Assembly: GCA_965222075.1 (NCBI GenBank)
Contig: OZ244937.1
Span: forward strand, 4,128,001-4,192,000
Length of the DNA stretch: 64,000 bases
DNA from: Candidatus Latescibacterota bacterium
GTDB lineage: Bacteria > Latescibacterota > UBA2968 > GCA-2709665
Direction of reading: 5' to 3'
A model generated the notes under the pieces. It worked only from the letters and a program-made list of their open reading frames with translations, did not search any database and had not been told where the DNA came from. Both the position numbers and the translations under genes were made by a program. Position 1 is the stretch's first letter. Every line of letters begins with the position of its first letter. Shown here piece after piece: positions 30,682-40,524 of this stretch.

Positions 30682-31257
30682 GGCGTTGGCCTCGTTCTGT
30701 GAATCTGTTTGTTGATTCCGGTATTCCGTTGCCAGGATTCCATACTCGTGAAAGTCTGGGAAGGTATCCCACTTCTTGTAATGCTCCCTCCGGAGGCCTT
30801 CATGGCTCATCCCGATCTTCGCCAGGACTCGTCCTGAGGCAGGATTGGTGTCCATATGCCTCGCGTGTATCTTGTGCAATCCAAGGACGTCAAAACCGTA
30901 GGTCAAGACGGACTTCGCCGCCTCGGTACAGTAGCCGTTTCCCCAGTAGGCTGTTCCAATCCAGTAACCCATTTCCCCTCTCTCATGTCGGCGGTTGAGC
31001 ACCAGTCCAATCGCCCCGATAAGTAGACTCTCAGCCTGTAGGTCTATGGCGAATGTCACGCCGGTTCCGGAATCAAAGGCTTCTGGAAGAGTTGAGATCC
31101 ACTTCTCCGCATCTCCATCCTTGTAAGGATGGGGGACGTTGAGAGTGGTGGCCGCGATCTGCTTGTCCCCAGCGAGTTCATGGACTCGCGTTGCATCTTT
31201 CTCCACAAATGGTCGAAGCAGAAGTCTTTCGGTTTCTAGGTTGGGTTGATTAACCAT
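30676..31257 (-). CDS. RimJ/RimL-type GNAT acetyltransferase (cassette)
   Basis: LETERLLLRP, GYWIG...WGNGY and NPASGRVL motifs. Confidence 0.85.
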   Translation of the reverse strand: MVNQPNLETERLLLRPFVEKDATRVHELAGDKQIAATTLNVPHPYKDGDAEKWISTLPEAFDSGTGVTFAIDLQAESLLIGAIGLVLNRRHERGEMGYWIGTAYWGNGYCTEAAKSVLTYGFDVLGLHKIHARHMDTNPASGRVLAKIGMSHEGLRREHYKKWDTFPDFHEYGILATEYRNQQTDSQNEANAV

Positions 31258-31291
31258 TTTTGATTTCTGGGTTCCGTTTCTGGTCAATGCC

Positions 31292-31382
31292 GTATAACGT
31301 TACGCCGGTTTGCGAACCCGCGCAGCGGGTTGCCGAAGGCCAAGGCGCCACCGGCGCCGCAGCGCAAACCGCTGTGTTGGGC
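31292..31382 (-). repeat. attC site 2
   Basis: gtataac...gttgggc; gccgtataac is the complement of gttatacggc at 30675. Confidence 0.85.
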
Positions 31383-31431
31383 GAAGAATGACTTACAATC
31401 GTTTGTTCGGAACGTAGCACGGACAGATTCT

Positions 31432-32199
31432 TCAAGACGGCAAATCTTTGTGTGCTTCAATCAAGTACTTTCTCGCTGTGAACGCTAATTCATCGTCGCT
31501 ATCAAGTCGATGTTGAAGGGAGAACAATTGCTTCAAGTGTGTTTCTACTGAAAACCCTGGCACCAGCCAAGGAACGGCCTTCAAATAGTAGACTATGGCG
31601 CCCACATCCGTAAAGGACAGCTGGCCAGACCATTCTTCGGTATTGAAAATAGTTAGTCCCGCCGCCTTCAATTGAGGTACGTACTTTTCAAGGGTAGCTT
31701 CCGGCCATTGCGGTTCGGCGCCAAATACTGCTAATAAATCATAGACCCAGAATCCGTGAACTTGCTGTGTTAGGAAGGTACCGTCCGGTGCGAGAATACG
31801 GGCCACTTCATGGGGATTAAATGCAGAATGACGATTCAGAACAAGATCAAATTCGTAATCGGCAAAGGGCATTGGGTCACAATCGGTTAATCGAACATCC
31901 ACAACGTTCGCCCCCATGGGAGATAGACGGTCTGTTGCCAACTTGAGGTTAGGTAGATATTCCTCCGTAGCCACGACTTTCTTGGACCAAAATTCTTGTA
32001 GCTTTAAGAATCGCTCACCACCTCCCGTGCCCAAGTCAATAACGGATGAAGATCGACGCATAAGCTCAGCAGCCCGCGAAGAATAAGACCAGGGAGCTTG
32101 CTCTTCTACCATTCTGCCATCCAGATAGGAGAAATCCCACCCCGAGAGGAACTGTTCCTCTTCGCCTTTCCATATGTCAACAAGATTATCTGGATTCAT
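31432..32199 (-). CDS. Class I SAM-dependent methyltransferase (cassette)
   Basis: DLGTGGGE, FDLVLNRH and GTFLTQQV motifs. Confidence 0.85.
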   Translation of the reverse strand: MNPDNLVDIWKGEEEQFLSGWDFSYLDGRMVEEQAPWSYSSRAAELMRRSSSVIDLGTGGGERFLKLQEFWSKKVVATEEYLPNLKLATDRLSPMGANVVDVRLTDCDPMPFADYEFDLVLNRHSAFNPHEVARILAPDGTFLTQQVHGFWVYDLLAVFGAEPQWPEATLEKYVPQLKAAGLTIFNTEEWSGQLSFTDVGAIVYYLKAVPWLVPGFSVETHLKQLFSLQHRLDSDDELAFTARKYLIEAHKDLPS

Positions 32200-32269
32200 A
32201 CTGGATGCTATCTATACCTTCACCAACCTGGTAATTGACTAGTGGTCGATTTCATAAGTTCGCATGAGT

Positions 32270-33404
32270 TTATGCAGCCAGCCGGATTCGCTGCATTCGT
32301 TCTTCCAAGTCCTGCCTTGTAAAGCGCCAGTTGAAAGGTTCGGCAGTGAGATTATAGTATTTCTCAAAGCCCAAGATCCTAACTTCCATCGCCTGTCGAT
32401 CTGCCAAGTCATTGGGCGTGAGTGCTTTTCTTTGCAGGATCGAGAAATAGATCTCAATCTGGTTGAGCCAACTGGCATGGATGGGCAGATGAACAGCGAT
32501 GGCATTTTTATAGGCATCGGCAAGCCGTTTAGGGAACGTAGTGGTGTAATGAGAGGATCCATTATCCACAATCCAGAAGACCCGGTCTGCCGAAGCATAA
32601 GGCTCCTGTTCCATCACCAAGTCCACCAGCTTTTGAAAAGGCACGATGCCGGTTTTTTCATCCACACGCCCAAAGATGTGCCCTGAGAACACATCCAGTG
32701 CAGATAGATAGGCCACTGTGCCCATCCGTTTGTAGTCATTTTCCATACGAATGGGTTTGCCACAATCAGGTGGCAATGTGGCAAACTCTCGGGCTAAGAT
32801 CTGGAGTTGGGATTTTTCATCGGCACAGATGACGAAGTCTTTCTTGCCCAGGGGAACACCCTCCCATATGCCTTGATACAGGTCCAGAATGCGACTGGCT
32901 TTCTCTAAAAAGTTGGGATCTTTGATATGAAGCCAGGAACGATGATACCAGGGACGAAGGGCATCCCTGTTGAGAATACGCCAAATCGTTGTGGGTGAGA
33001 TTGAAGTGATCAACGCACACCTCAACACTTCCTGTTGAATCTCAAACAGGCTGAATCGAGACAGAGGCAGACCCCGCTGTGCAGGCAGTTGACAAGCGAT
33101 GGCTTTGACCTCACTGACTTGCACAGGGGGAAAAAGTGGGCGGTCGCCCACTGCGGGGAAGATCGTCCAAAGTGAAGCATTGTTCTACCCACCTTTTTCG
33201 CCACTTCTGCGCTGTGGGGGAACTCACCCCCCCACGGTCGGCTAACTTCTGGTTGCCTATGGCTGGACCCTCTGCTAAAGCGACCACCATCTTTGCCCGT
33301 TGCACCTGACTTTGAGGTGCGTTACGCTGACGGATGATTCTTTGGGCTTGGGCAACTTGAGCTTTTGTGAAGCGGGGTTGATATTGGGGAAGCGGACCTG
33401 ACAT
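32270..33404 (-). CDS. IS630 transposase, orfA (33111-33404) plus orfB (32270-33151), probable programmed -1 frameshift
   Basis: HTH and RSGRP in orfA; ADEK, VDNGSSH and SWLNQIE in orfB; slippery TTTTTCCCCC at 33126-33135. Confidence 0.85.
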
Positions 33405-33489
33405 TATACACCTCCTTTACCCATTAGATGATCCGAAGAATAAAAAATTAGACGGTCTCTGCCTTCGATTCTATTTTCCTTATCGTTTA

Positions 33490-33514
33490 CCTGTCTGCCA
33501 TCTGCACAGGCAGG
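33490..33514. repeat. 25-bp palindromic mini-insertion CCTGTCTGCCATCTGCACAGGCAGG
   Basis: Inserted at TA^TC, immediately before the transposase stop codon. Confidence 0.85.
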
Positions 33515-33663
33515 TCCGAGGATTCGGTCCAGTTGCACCAAGCCTACAACGGCTCCTGCAATCATCGGGAACAGCCCCGCTCCCAGGCGATAATCTTCGC
33601 GAAGGATGCGCCATCCTTTGATGCGACGGATGCTGTGTTCCACATAAATACGCTGTTGGGCTA

Positions 33664-33690
33664 CCTGTCTGCGTGCGACGCACAGGCAGG
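33664..33690. repeat. 27-bp palindromic mini-insertion CCTGTCTGCGTGCGACGCACAGGCAGG
   Basis: Inserted at TA^TC, in frame; removal gives ENRQIAQQRIYVEH. Confidence 0.85.
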
Positions 33691-33803
33691 TCTGCCTGTT
33701 CTCCAGACGTTGTTCTGAGGTGAGTTCACCCCCCTTTGGCTTTTTATGGGGTGAGATGATCTGGGGATGGGCTTGACTCTGATAGCCTTTATCTCCCAGT
33801 TTA

Positions 33804-33828
33804 CCTGTCTGCCATCTGCACAGGCAGG
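33804..33828. repeat. 25-bp palindromic mini-insertion, identical to 33490-33514
   Basis: Inserted at TA^TC, frameshifting; removal gives FPNADKLGDKGY. Confidence 0.85.
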
Positions 33829-34653
33829 TCGGCATTGGGAAATTGGGAGTCCACGCCACTTTCTTCGTAAACTCGAATATCAGCTTTGGGTCCACGATGG
33901 CCTGCATCCACGCTGAGGATCTCTCCCTTTTTATCTGTGGCCACTTGGGTCTTGATCGTGTGGCGCTTGCGCTTACCCGAGTAGACCTGCCTTTGTCTGT
34001 GGTCCACAGAAGGCCTGCAAATGGGCGTTTCAAAGCTGTCAATTAGAACCCGATCCACCTCATCGGGATGCCAGGAAGGGTCGCTTTTCTTCCACTTCTT
34101 CTCCCCATCAAAGCGCTGAGTGGGGCAGACCGCTTGCAGAATCGGCACCACTTCGTGAAAGGTGTTTTCGGAGGTGTCCGCACTCACACCAAACAGTTGC
34201 CCCACCAACGCGTGGGATACGTTGTGACGCAAATAGAGCAAACTCATCAACACCTCTTGATAGGGCCTTAACCGTCGCTTGCGTCCTCCCCCTACCCTAC
34301 GCTTGCGATCAGGACGTGATGCTTGGGCTTGCTGGCGACGTTCTATCATCACCGGCAACACAGCCTCCAGCAGTTGGGACAAAGCCACTGGCGTAAGACC
34401 AAACAGAGCACGGATCTTTCCCGGATGGGTCGTATCAAGGGTGTGCAGATTCATCATCGCTGGCTCCTTGCGTAAATAGTCAAACAACCTACTCCTGAAG
34501 TAGCAGTGAGACAGTATTACGCAAATGGCTTGCCAAAGTCCAGCACTATTTCTCGGATCATCTATTGGAGTGAGGTGTATAACATAACTCTATTTCTCTT
34601 TCTACACAACCTCATGTGTATTTGCGAAATTGACCACTAGGGGTTCATTTTTC

Positions 34654-34735
34654 GCGTAACGTCTCAGTGCCCCCGAACCGCGAAGCGGTTGGGTGAAGGC
34701 GTGCATGCGCCGGAACCGGGGGCACGGTGTTAGGC
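34654..34735 (-). repeat. attC site 3
   Basis: gcgtaac...gttaggc with a gtgccccc/gggggcac stem. Confidence 0.85.
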
Positions 34736-34852
34736 GTTCGTTGGCGTTTCAAGGTCGCGACAGACTTTCAGCAAAGCCTCTTGAATGTTTAGGAACTCAA
34801 GGTACCCGGGTGGCAGTGGATACTTGGCGCTGTTGAACGGCTGAAATGGATT

Positions 34853-36572
34853 GAGTGTGTAGGAAATCGCGGGGGTATCAACTGACTGTAAAATCGATAG
34901 TTTTTGAAGTATGAAAATTTGATAGGACGCCTATATTGGCAAACATCCAGAACACTATCTCATGTTTGATCAAAAAGGAGCCCTATCATGATGACAATGT
35001 ACGAAAAGGAAGCCTTGTTTGAAAGCCTAGATGACACATTTTCTGAGATCAAGGCATATCTTATAGGAGCTATAGACCGAGAAGAACTCCATGGGGTTGA
35101 GCACCATCTGTTTCGCCAGATGCAGCGCTTGGGTCGTGGTTTTCTGGAGGCCTTTGTTGCTCTGTCGGGCACGGGATATGAAGCTGGCAATCCAGTGCTG
35201 AGTGAAGAAGGGCATAAAATGGAGTATAAGGGAACCGAGGCGGAGGGTTCGCCCTATATGTCCATCTTTGGAGAAATCAGGATCTACCGTGCAGCCTATG
35301 CCCATCCTGCTGGTGGGAGGGTATATCCCATCGATGCGCAACTGAATCTGCCAGCACATAAATACTCTTACTTGCTTTTGAAGTGGCTACAAGCTTCAAG
35401 CACACAACAGGATTTTCGCAGCGCGGTCAACCGATTCAACGAGATCTTCGATTTTTCCTTTTTCCCGGATCTGCCTCAGCGTCAGGGCCTACCCATTGCG
35501 GAGTATATCGAGCCTTTCTATGAGCAGGTTGAAGCGCCACCCCTACAATCAGAAAGCAGTCATATAGCCATCAGCGCCGATTGTAAGGGCGTACGTATCC
35601 TGAAAAGTAAACGGGAAGAGACAAAGGAAGAACCGCCTGCCAAACCCCGTCGGGGCAAAGGAGAAAAGCCCGGCATCAAGAAAGATGCGGTGGTCGTCAC
35701 AGACTTTTCATTCGACCCACACGCACGCGATTCTGAAGAAATCGTCAAAGGCTTGCTTTCCCAGTTCACAAAAGAAGAACAAGAACAGAAAAAACAGGAT
35801 CGGAAATGTCGCCGAGAAGAAGGTCTGCCTGAGCCTCGGGTACCACACAATAAGCACATCTTTGCGACTCTCCAGGGCAAAAAAGCCGCCTTCGACCATA
35901 TGCTTGAGCACGTCCAGAAGCGAGATCCCCAGGGCCAAAAACTACTGATCGCGCTACTGGATGGCGATCCTTATCTGGAGGATCGGTTGCTCAAAGACCT
36001 GAACATCCACGGCATGGAGGATCAACTCGATGCGCTGATCCTGGATATCATCCATGCCAGTGAATACCTCTGGGATGTGGGCACAGCGCTCTATGGCGAA
36101 AAAGGACCTGAACGAATCAAGTGGATCGAAGAAAAGCTCTATGCCCTCCTGGAGGGTAAAGTCGGCTACCTCATCGGGGGACTACGCCAGATGCTGACCA
36201 AAAACCAAGACCGGCTCACCCAGCCTCAAAAGAAGGCTCTAAAAAAAACCATCATCTACTTCGATAACCACCAACATATGATGCACTACGACGTCTACCT
36301 CAAGAAAGGTTACCCGATTGCTACAGGCGTAGTCGAAGGCACCTGCGGCTCTCTCGTCAAAGACCGGATGGAGCAATCAGGCATGCGATGGTCCATCAAC
36401 GGTGCTCAGGCTGTCTTGGCTCAGCGCGCCGTTGTGAAAAATGGCGACTGGAATGACTTCTTTACATACTACATTGACTCCGAACGTGACCGACTCTACC
36501 CAACTGTATATGAGAGAGTCGCACCTTACCAAAAAGCTGCTTAAACCTGCTCCCGTGAACTCCTACACACTC
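34853..36572 (+). mobile_element. ISKra4-family insertion sequence
   Basis: TIRs GAGTGTGTAGGA...CGGG; 9-bp TSD AAATGGATT at 34844-52 and 36573-81. Confidence 0.9.
34988..36544 (+). CDS. ISKra4-family transposase
   Basis: SADCKGV, LLDGD, LDIIHASEYLW and GYPIATGVVEGTC...RM..SGMRW motifs. Confidence 0.9.
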   Translation: MMTMYEKEALFESLDDTFSEIKAYLIGAIDREELHGVEHHLFRQMQRLGRGFLEAFVALSGTGYEAGNPVLSEEGHKMEYKGTEAEGSPYMSIFGEIRIYRAAYAHPAGGRVYPIDAQLNLPAHKYSYLLLKWLQASSTQQDFRSAVNRFNEIFDFSFFPDLPQRQGLPIAEYIEPFYEQVEAPPLQSESSHIAISADCKGVRILKSKREETKEEPPAKPRRGKGEKPGIKKDAVVVTDFSFDPHARDSEEIVKGLLSQFTKEEQEQKKQDRKCRREEGLPEPRVPHNKHIFATLQGKKAAFDHMLEHVQKRDPQGQKLLIALLDGDPYLEDRLLKDLNIHGMEDQLDALILDIIHASEYLWDVGTALYGEKGPERIKWIEEKLYALLEGKVGYLIGGLRQMLTKNQDRLTQPQKKALKKTIIYFDNHQHMMHYDVYLKKGYPIATGVVEGTCGSLVKDRMEQSGMRWSINGAQAVLAQRAVVKNGDWNDFFTYYIDSERDRLYPTVYERVAPYQKAA

Positions 36573-37392
36573 AAATGGATTGTTGATCTTCTGCCTTGCA
36601 AAGGAGTAGAGAGCCTTCTGGTGCTCTGTCGCCTCAGATACTTGGTCAAACGGGATCCTACAATCATTTCGCCAAAGTTGAGGATCAACGGCATCAACTA
36701 TCGCCTGGATTCGTGAGACTCGGTTTTCAAACTTCGAGTTCAGGAACCCGGACAATCTCTCGGCCTGCACACGTGGTTTTCGCATGATATCTTCGTACCC
36801 AAGAAAGAGACGGTGCGCTGCATCTTCTGTGTGCTGCAGTATCAGCGTCATCATGTGCTGCCAACGCAGCAAATTCATCGCAACAAACGAGATCCGGACT
36901 TTCACATTGGACGGAATAGTGAACTTCTGCCACGACACTGCCGCGTCGAGAGGGTTGCGAACCGTGATTACATAAATCGCATCTTCCCATATCTGTTTCC
37001 AAAACGGCAAAAAGTGGCTGAGAGCAGGATCCTTCCAGAACCAGGGGCCACCTTTGTACATTTCTGACACCAGTTCAGTGGCTTTAATTCTATACACTGG
37101 GTCAGAGGCTTTGTCTTCTATTCGCTGTTGGAAGTCAGGGTCCCACCAAGTCGCCCCAGAAGCAAAATCCCCTAACTCGGCCAGCAAATCCCATAAGGGC
37201 AGAAATTCCCAATAACCTCTGGGCGCATGTGCATCAGCTTCGTGTAGCTTGTCGGAAGCGCCAGCATACGCACCCCATCTGTGTACCATCTCAGCAACGA
37301 CAGAGGTCCCACTGCGCTCTACGCCAAGCACAATAATTGGATGGCTTTCAGAGCTGATCATCCAAACGCCTCTCAAGGCTTTAGCCAATGAC

Positions 37393-37495
37393 GCCTAACG
37401 TTCTGGCCACTTGCGAACCCGCCGAAGCACAGCGTAGGCGGGTTGCCGTCAGGCCAAGGAGCGCAAGCGACGCAGCGCAAGTGGACCTGTTATGC
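37393..37495 (-). repeat. attC site 4
   Basis: gcctaac...gttatgc; acgcctaac is complementary to gttaggcgt at 34729. Confidence 0.85.
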
Positions 37496-37523
37496 GTTGG
37501 TGCAACTCTCTGGAAGCAAAACG

Positions 37524-38357
37524 TCAGGGCTGTCGACCGTCGACGTCTTTAAATCCGTACTCTCGCGCTAAGTCCGGGACTTCAAGATATGGTTTCGTTC
37601 CGGCCTTGCTCATCACCTCTGGATCACCTGCCAAAGCTGCGATCGCTCGACCTGAGTACACCGGCGTAAAGGTCTTCTTCAGATCTTCGGGTTTCGTGTC
37701 CTCATCCGGTCCCCACGTTCGCATGTAGAGGTGTTCGTCGCCAAGTGATAGCAGGATGATTGCTATTCCTTTCTCTCTGCATTCCTCTGCCATTCCATGC
37801 GTCATTCGATATATCGCGGCCTTGAAAGTGTCATAGAACAGATTCGGGTGGAACTTGCTGTCCGGAGTGATCCCAGTCGTGGTGTTGACGATCAAGCCGT
37901 GGCCCTGTTCCAGCATCATCGAAATGGCGCCCCGAGCACCAGTCATATGGGATCTCAACCCAGCTCCATACATGAGTTCCCATTGTCGCATTGGTAGTTC
38001 CCAGAATGGTTTCTTTTCCCAGAATCCATCGGGCATCTCGTAGCCACCCCAGGCGTTGTTGACGAGCACATCCAGCCGTCCATGTTCTTCCCTGACTCGA
38101 CTGAAGAGTTCTTCAACTTGCTCGTCCTTTGTGTGATCTACCTGGACAGGAATCCCGACGCCTCCTCGTTCGGTCACCGTCTCCGCCGTGTCATCTATCG
38201 TTTCGTTGGGGATGTCTGTGGTCTGGTTTCCGCGGATGCTCCGTCCCGTTACGTATACGGTCGCACCGGCCTCGCCGAGCGCAGTGGCGATGCCCATCCC
38301 CCCTCCACGACTTGATCCAGTCACCACGACTACTTTGTTCGCCAGGGTTTTCATCAT
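37524..38357 (-). CDS. SDR oxidoreductase, DHRS1-like (cassette)
   Basis: TGSSRGGG, LVNNAWGG and YDTFK motifs. Confidence 0.85.
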   Translation of the reverse strand: MMKTLANKVVVVTGSSRGGGMGIATALGEAGATVYVTGRSIRGNQTTDIPNETIDDTAETVTERGGVGIPVQVDHTKDEQVEELFSRVREEHGRLDVLVNNAWGGYEMPDGFWEKKPFWELPMRQWELMYGAGLRSHMTGARGAISMMLEQGHGLIVNTTTGITPDSKFHPNLFYDTFKAAIYRMTHGMAEECREKGIAIILLSLGDEHLYMRTWGPDEDTKPEDLKKTFTPVYSGRAIAALAGDPEVMSKAGTKPYLEVPDLAREYGFKDVDGRQP

Positions 38358-38388
38358 CTGGGTTTCCTATTCCTCGAGTTGCACTGAC

Positions 38389-38477
38389 GCATAACGTCTC
38401 ACGGTTTGCGAACCCGCGAAGTGGGTTGCCGAAGGCCAGGGCGGCACATCCGCCGCAGCGCAAACGATGTGTTATCT
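38389..38477 (-). repeat. attC site 5
   Basis: gcataac...gttatct; extended complementarity to 37489-37506. Confidence 0.85.
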
Positions 38478-38607
38478 GACGTGCAATTTGGTGAGTTTCA
38501 GGTCGAATAGATGCCCTCCCTCGGGGCGGGAATACAGCACACGACATCAGTTTTTCAGTTTTTCTCTGTCTTTGTTTTTGTGTCTCTTCCTGTCATCAAA
38601 CTTGACC

Positions 38608-39438
38608 TCACGAAGATGTGCTCTCCATCATTGTTCCCGCTTGAAATTGGCCTCCAAGGATGTTATACCCACCATCCACATGGATCACCTCACCGGTGAT
38701 CCCGCTTGATAGATCGCTTAATAAGAACATTGCCGTTTTCCCAACTTCCTTCTGAGTAATCATCCGGCGGAGAGGCGTGTGCTCTTGATAAGTCTGACGA
38801 AAATCCCCAAACCCTTTCACGCCGCGTGCAGATTTTGTACTGACGATTCCAGGCGAAATGGCATTGACTCTGATATTTCTTGAGCTCAACTCGTAGGCTA
38901 ACTGCTTTACCGAATGCTCAAGCGCTGCCTTGGCCGTGCCCATTACATTGTAAGAAGGGAATACTTTCTTTGAAGCCATAAACGTTAAAGCAATTACTGA
39001 TCCTCCCTCAGACATCAGCTCTGAGGCAGCCCGAGTCATGGATACGAAAGAAAACGCGCTAATATCAAGGGCAACATTAAAAGCTTCTCTTGAGGTTTCT
39101 CTGAACTCGCCCTGAAGCGTATCGGGAGGGGCAAAGGCGATACAATGTGCGAAACAATTGAGATATCCGATCTCTTTCTTCACAAAATCGAATAGACCTT
39201 GAACCTGAATATCGTCCCCAGCATTGCATGGTTGAGGAGGAATGAACACGTCCTTCCACCCTTCAGCGGCTACCATTTTCTCAATCCCTTTTTTCCTTCG
39301 CTCCCTTGAATAAGGCAGAATAAGCTGCATCCCTGCTTCGTGAAGAATTTGTGCAATTGCCCAGGCGATACTCCATTTATTGGCTACACCAGCCACTACA
39401 CCGGCTTTTCCACTTAGATCGATTGTATACATTAGCAT
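38608..39438 (-). CDS. fabI: Enoyl-ACP reductase FabI (cassette)
   Basis: GVANKWSIAWAIA, YNVMGTAKAALE and GITGEVIHVDGG motifs. Confidence 0.85.
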   Translation of the reverse strand: MLMYTIDLSGKAGVVAGVANKWSIAWAIAQILHEAGMQLILPYSRERRKKGIEKMVAAEGWKDVFIPPQPCNAGDDIQVQGLFDFVKKEIGYLNCFAHCIAFAPPDTLQGEFRETSREAFNVALDISAFSFVSMTRAASELMSEGGSVIALTFMASKKVFPSYNVMGTAKAALEHSVKQLAYELSSRNIRVNAISPGIVSTKSARGVKGFGDFRQTYQEHTPLRRMITQKEVGKTAMFLLSDLSSGITGEVIHVDGGYNILGGQFQAGTMMESTSS

Positions 39439-39562
39439 CTATCTTTCAAAAAAAATGAAAACGACAGGAAAATGAGCGCTGAATGTAGGATTTTGGTTTT
39501 GTGTGCTATCACCGCTTTTGGGGGTGGTGGTGGCGCTTTTGACTTGACAGCTATACTCAGAT

Positions 39563-39652
39563 ATCTAACGTCCTCCGGTTTGCGAACTTGGCGCAGCCAG
39601 ATTGCCGGAGGCCAAGGAGCGTAGCGACGCAGCGCAAACCGCGTTGTTACAC
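39563..39652 (-). repeat. attC site 6
   Basis: atctaac...gttacac with a cggtttgcg/cgcaaaccg stem. Confidence 0.8.
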
Positions 39653-39703
39653 GATGTGGGATATGACCTCCGCTCAAGCACTGTTCGGTTTCCCCCTCGA
39701 CGC

Positions 39704-40348
39704 TTAGGTTTGTTCAGAAAGACCCTCCACACGAGAATCAGGCCTAAAGGGCGTCACTCCATTGGCGCGCGAAAATGCCTCAACTTCGGCCGATGACCCA
39801 AGACGCAAGAACTGTATGTGTTGCCAACGGGGCTCCGACATGTAGGCTCGCATGTTGCGACGTTTACGCCTATGCTGCGTGACAATCCACGACACGAGAG
39901 AGTCCTCCTTGTTCCAAACCATCAGTTGGGGCCAAAACCGCTCATAGTTGGTGCCCCAAAGCAGTTCCTTTGACCGCCAGCGTGTCCATGATCGCGAGAG
40001 CACGCGCCAGATGAGCTGACACATGGGTAGATCCAGCCAAACAACCGTCTCCAAACGCGGCCAAAAGACACGCTGTGAAAAACCGGTATATGAGCCAGTG
40101 ACAACCCATCCATCACCATCGGTTGCCCTTGCTATGAGACGCTCAAGCTCCTCAGGATTCGTCTCGTTTAGACCCACCCAGCCAGGTCGCCAATTGAGTG
40201 CGTCCAACTCCACAAAGAGGACCTGAAGAGCAGTTGCCAACTGTTTGCCCAGGGTGCTTTTCCCAGAGCAACAATTGCCAATTATATGGATTCGCCGGCC
40301 GATCTGTGCGCCGCGATAGTAGTTAACCGTGTTGCCACGCACACTCAT
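39704..40348 (-). CDS. Adenylate-kinase-like P-loop protein, FlaR-like (cassette)
   Basis: GNCCSGKST, LDALNWRPGW and VWLDLP motifs; start uncertain. Confidence 0.75.
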   Translation of the reverse strand: MSVRGNTVNYYRGAQIGRRIHIIGNCCSGKSTLGKQLATALQVLFVELDALNWRPGWVGLNETNPEELERLIARATDGDGWVVTGSYTGFSQRVFWPRLETVVWLDLPMCQLIWRVLSRSWTRWRSKELLWGTNYERFWPQLMVWNKEDSLVSWIVTQHRRKRRNMRAYMSEPRWQHIQFLRLGSSAEVEAFSRANGVTPFRPDSRVEGLSEQT

Positions 40349-40412
40349 TCTGCACACCTCAATGCATTACAGGTCCCGAGTCTGGCTCAGATGGCCCATC
40401 TGGTCCCATGTC

Positions 40413-40503
40413 GTGTAACGTCTCACGGTTTGCGAACCCGCGTAGCGGGTTGCCGAAGGCCAAGGCGCGATCAGCGCCGCAGCGCAACACCGCTGTGTTA
40501 CAC
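40413..40503 (-). repeat. attC site 7
   Basis: gtgtaac...gttacac. Confidence 0.85.
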
Positions 40504-40524
40504 GATGGCGGCACCCCATCAAGC

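Larger units (their letters stand above)
33487..34457 (-). pseudogene. IS5-family transposase disrupted by three 25-27 bp insertions
   Basis: GGGRKRRL, IDSFE, YSGKRKRH, GDKGY and RIYVEH; removing the inserts restores one ORF and its stop. Confidence 0.9.
33426..34563 (-). mobile_element. IS5-family (ISL2-group-like) insertion sequence nested in the IS630
   Basis: TIRs AGATGATCCGA(AGAATA/GAAATA); 3-bp TSD ATT at 33423-25 and 34564-66; removing it restores the IS630 hairpin ttatacacctc/gaggtgtataa. Confidence 0.9.
32242..34637 (-). mobile_element. IS630-family insertion sequence carrying a nested IS5-family element
   Basis: TIRs GTGGTCGATTTC / GTGGTCAATTTC; TA duplication at 32240-41 and 34638-39 (CTAG context). 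Confidence 0.9.
34730..37361 (-). pseudogene. Sulfotransferase-family cassette gene interrupted near its 3' end by ISKra4
   Basis: GVERSGTS, WKDP and VRNPLD; original C-terminus QPFNSAKYPLPPG...TNA* at 34730-34843 ends inside attC 3. Confidence 0.85.

Noticed and set aside
32218-32227. cttcaccaac as a cassette boundary
   Set aside because: No attC hairpin follows; the partner of the attC 2 arm is ttcgcgtaac at 34651, beyond the IS630.
33111-33151. IS630 transposase as a pseudogene
   Set aside because: The ORF overlap at a TTTTTCCCCC run is typical of programmed frameshifting in IS630.
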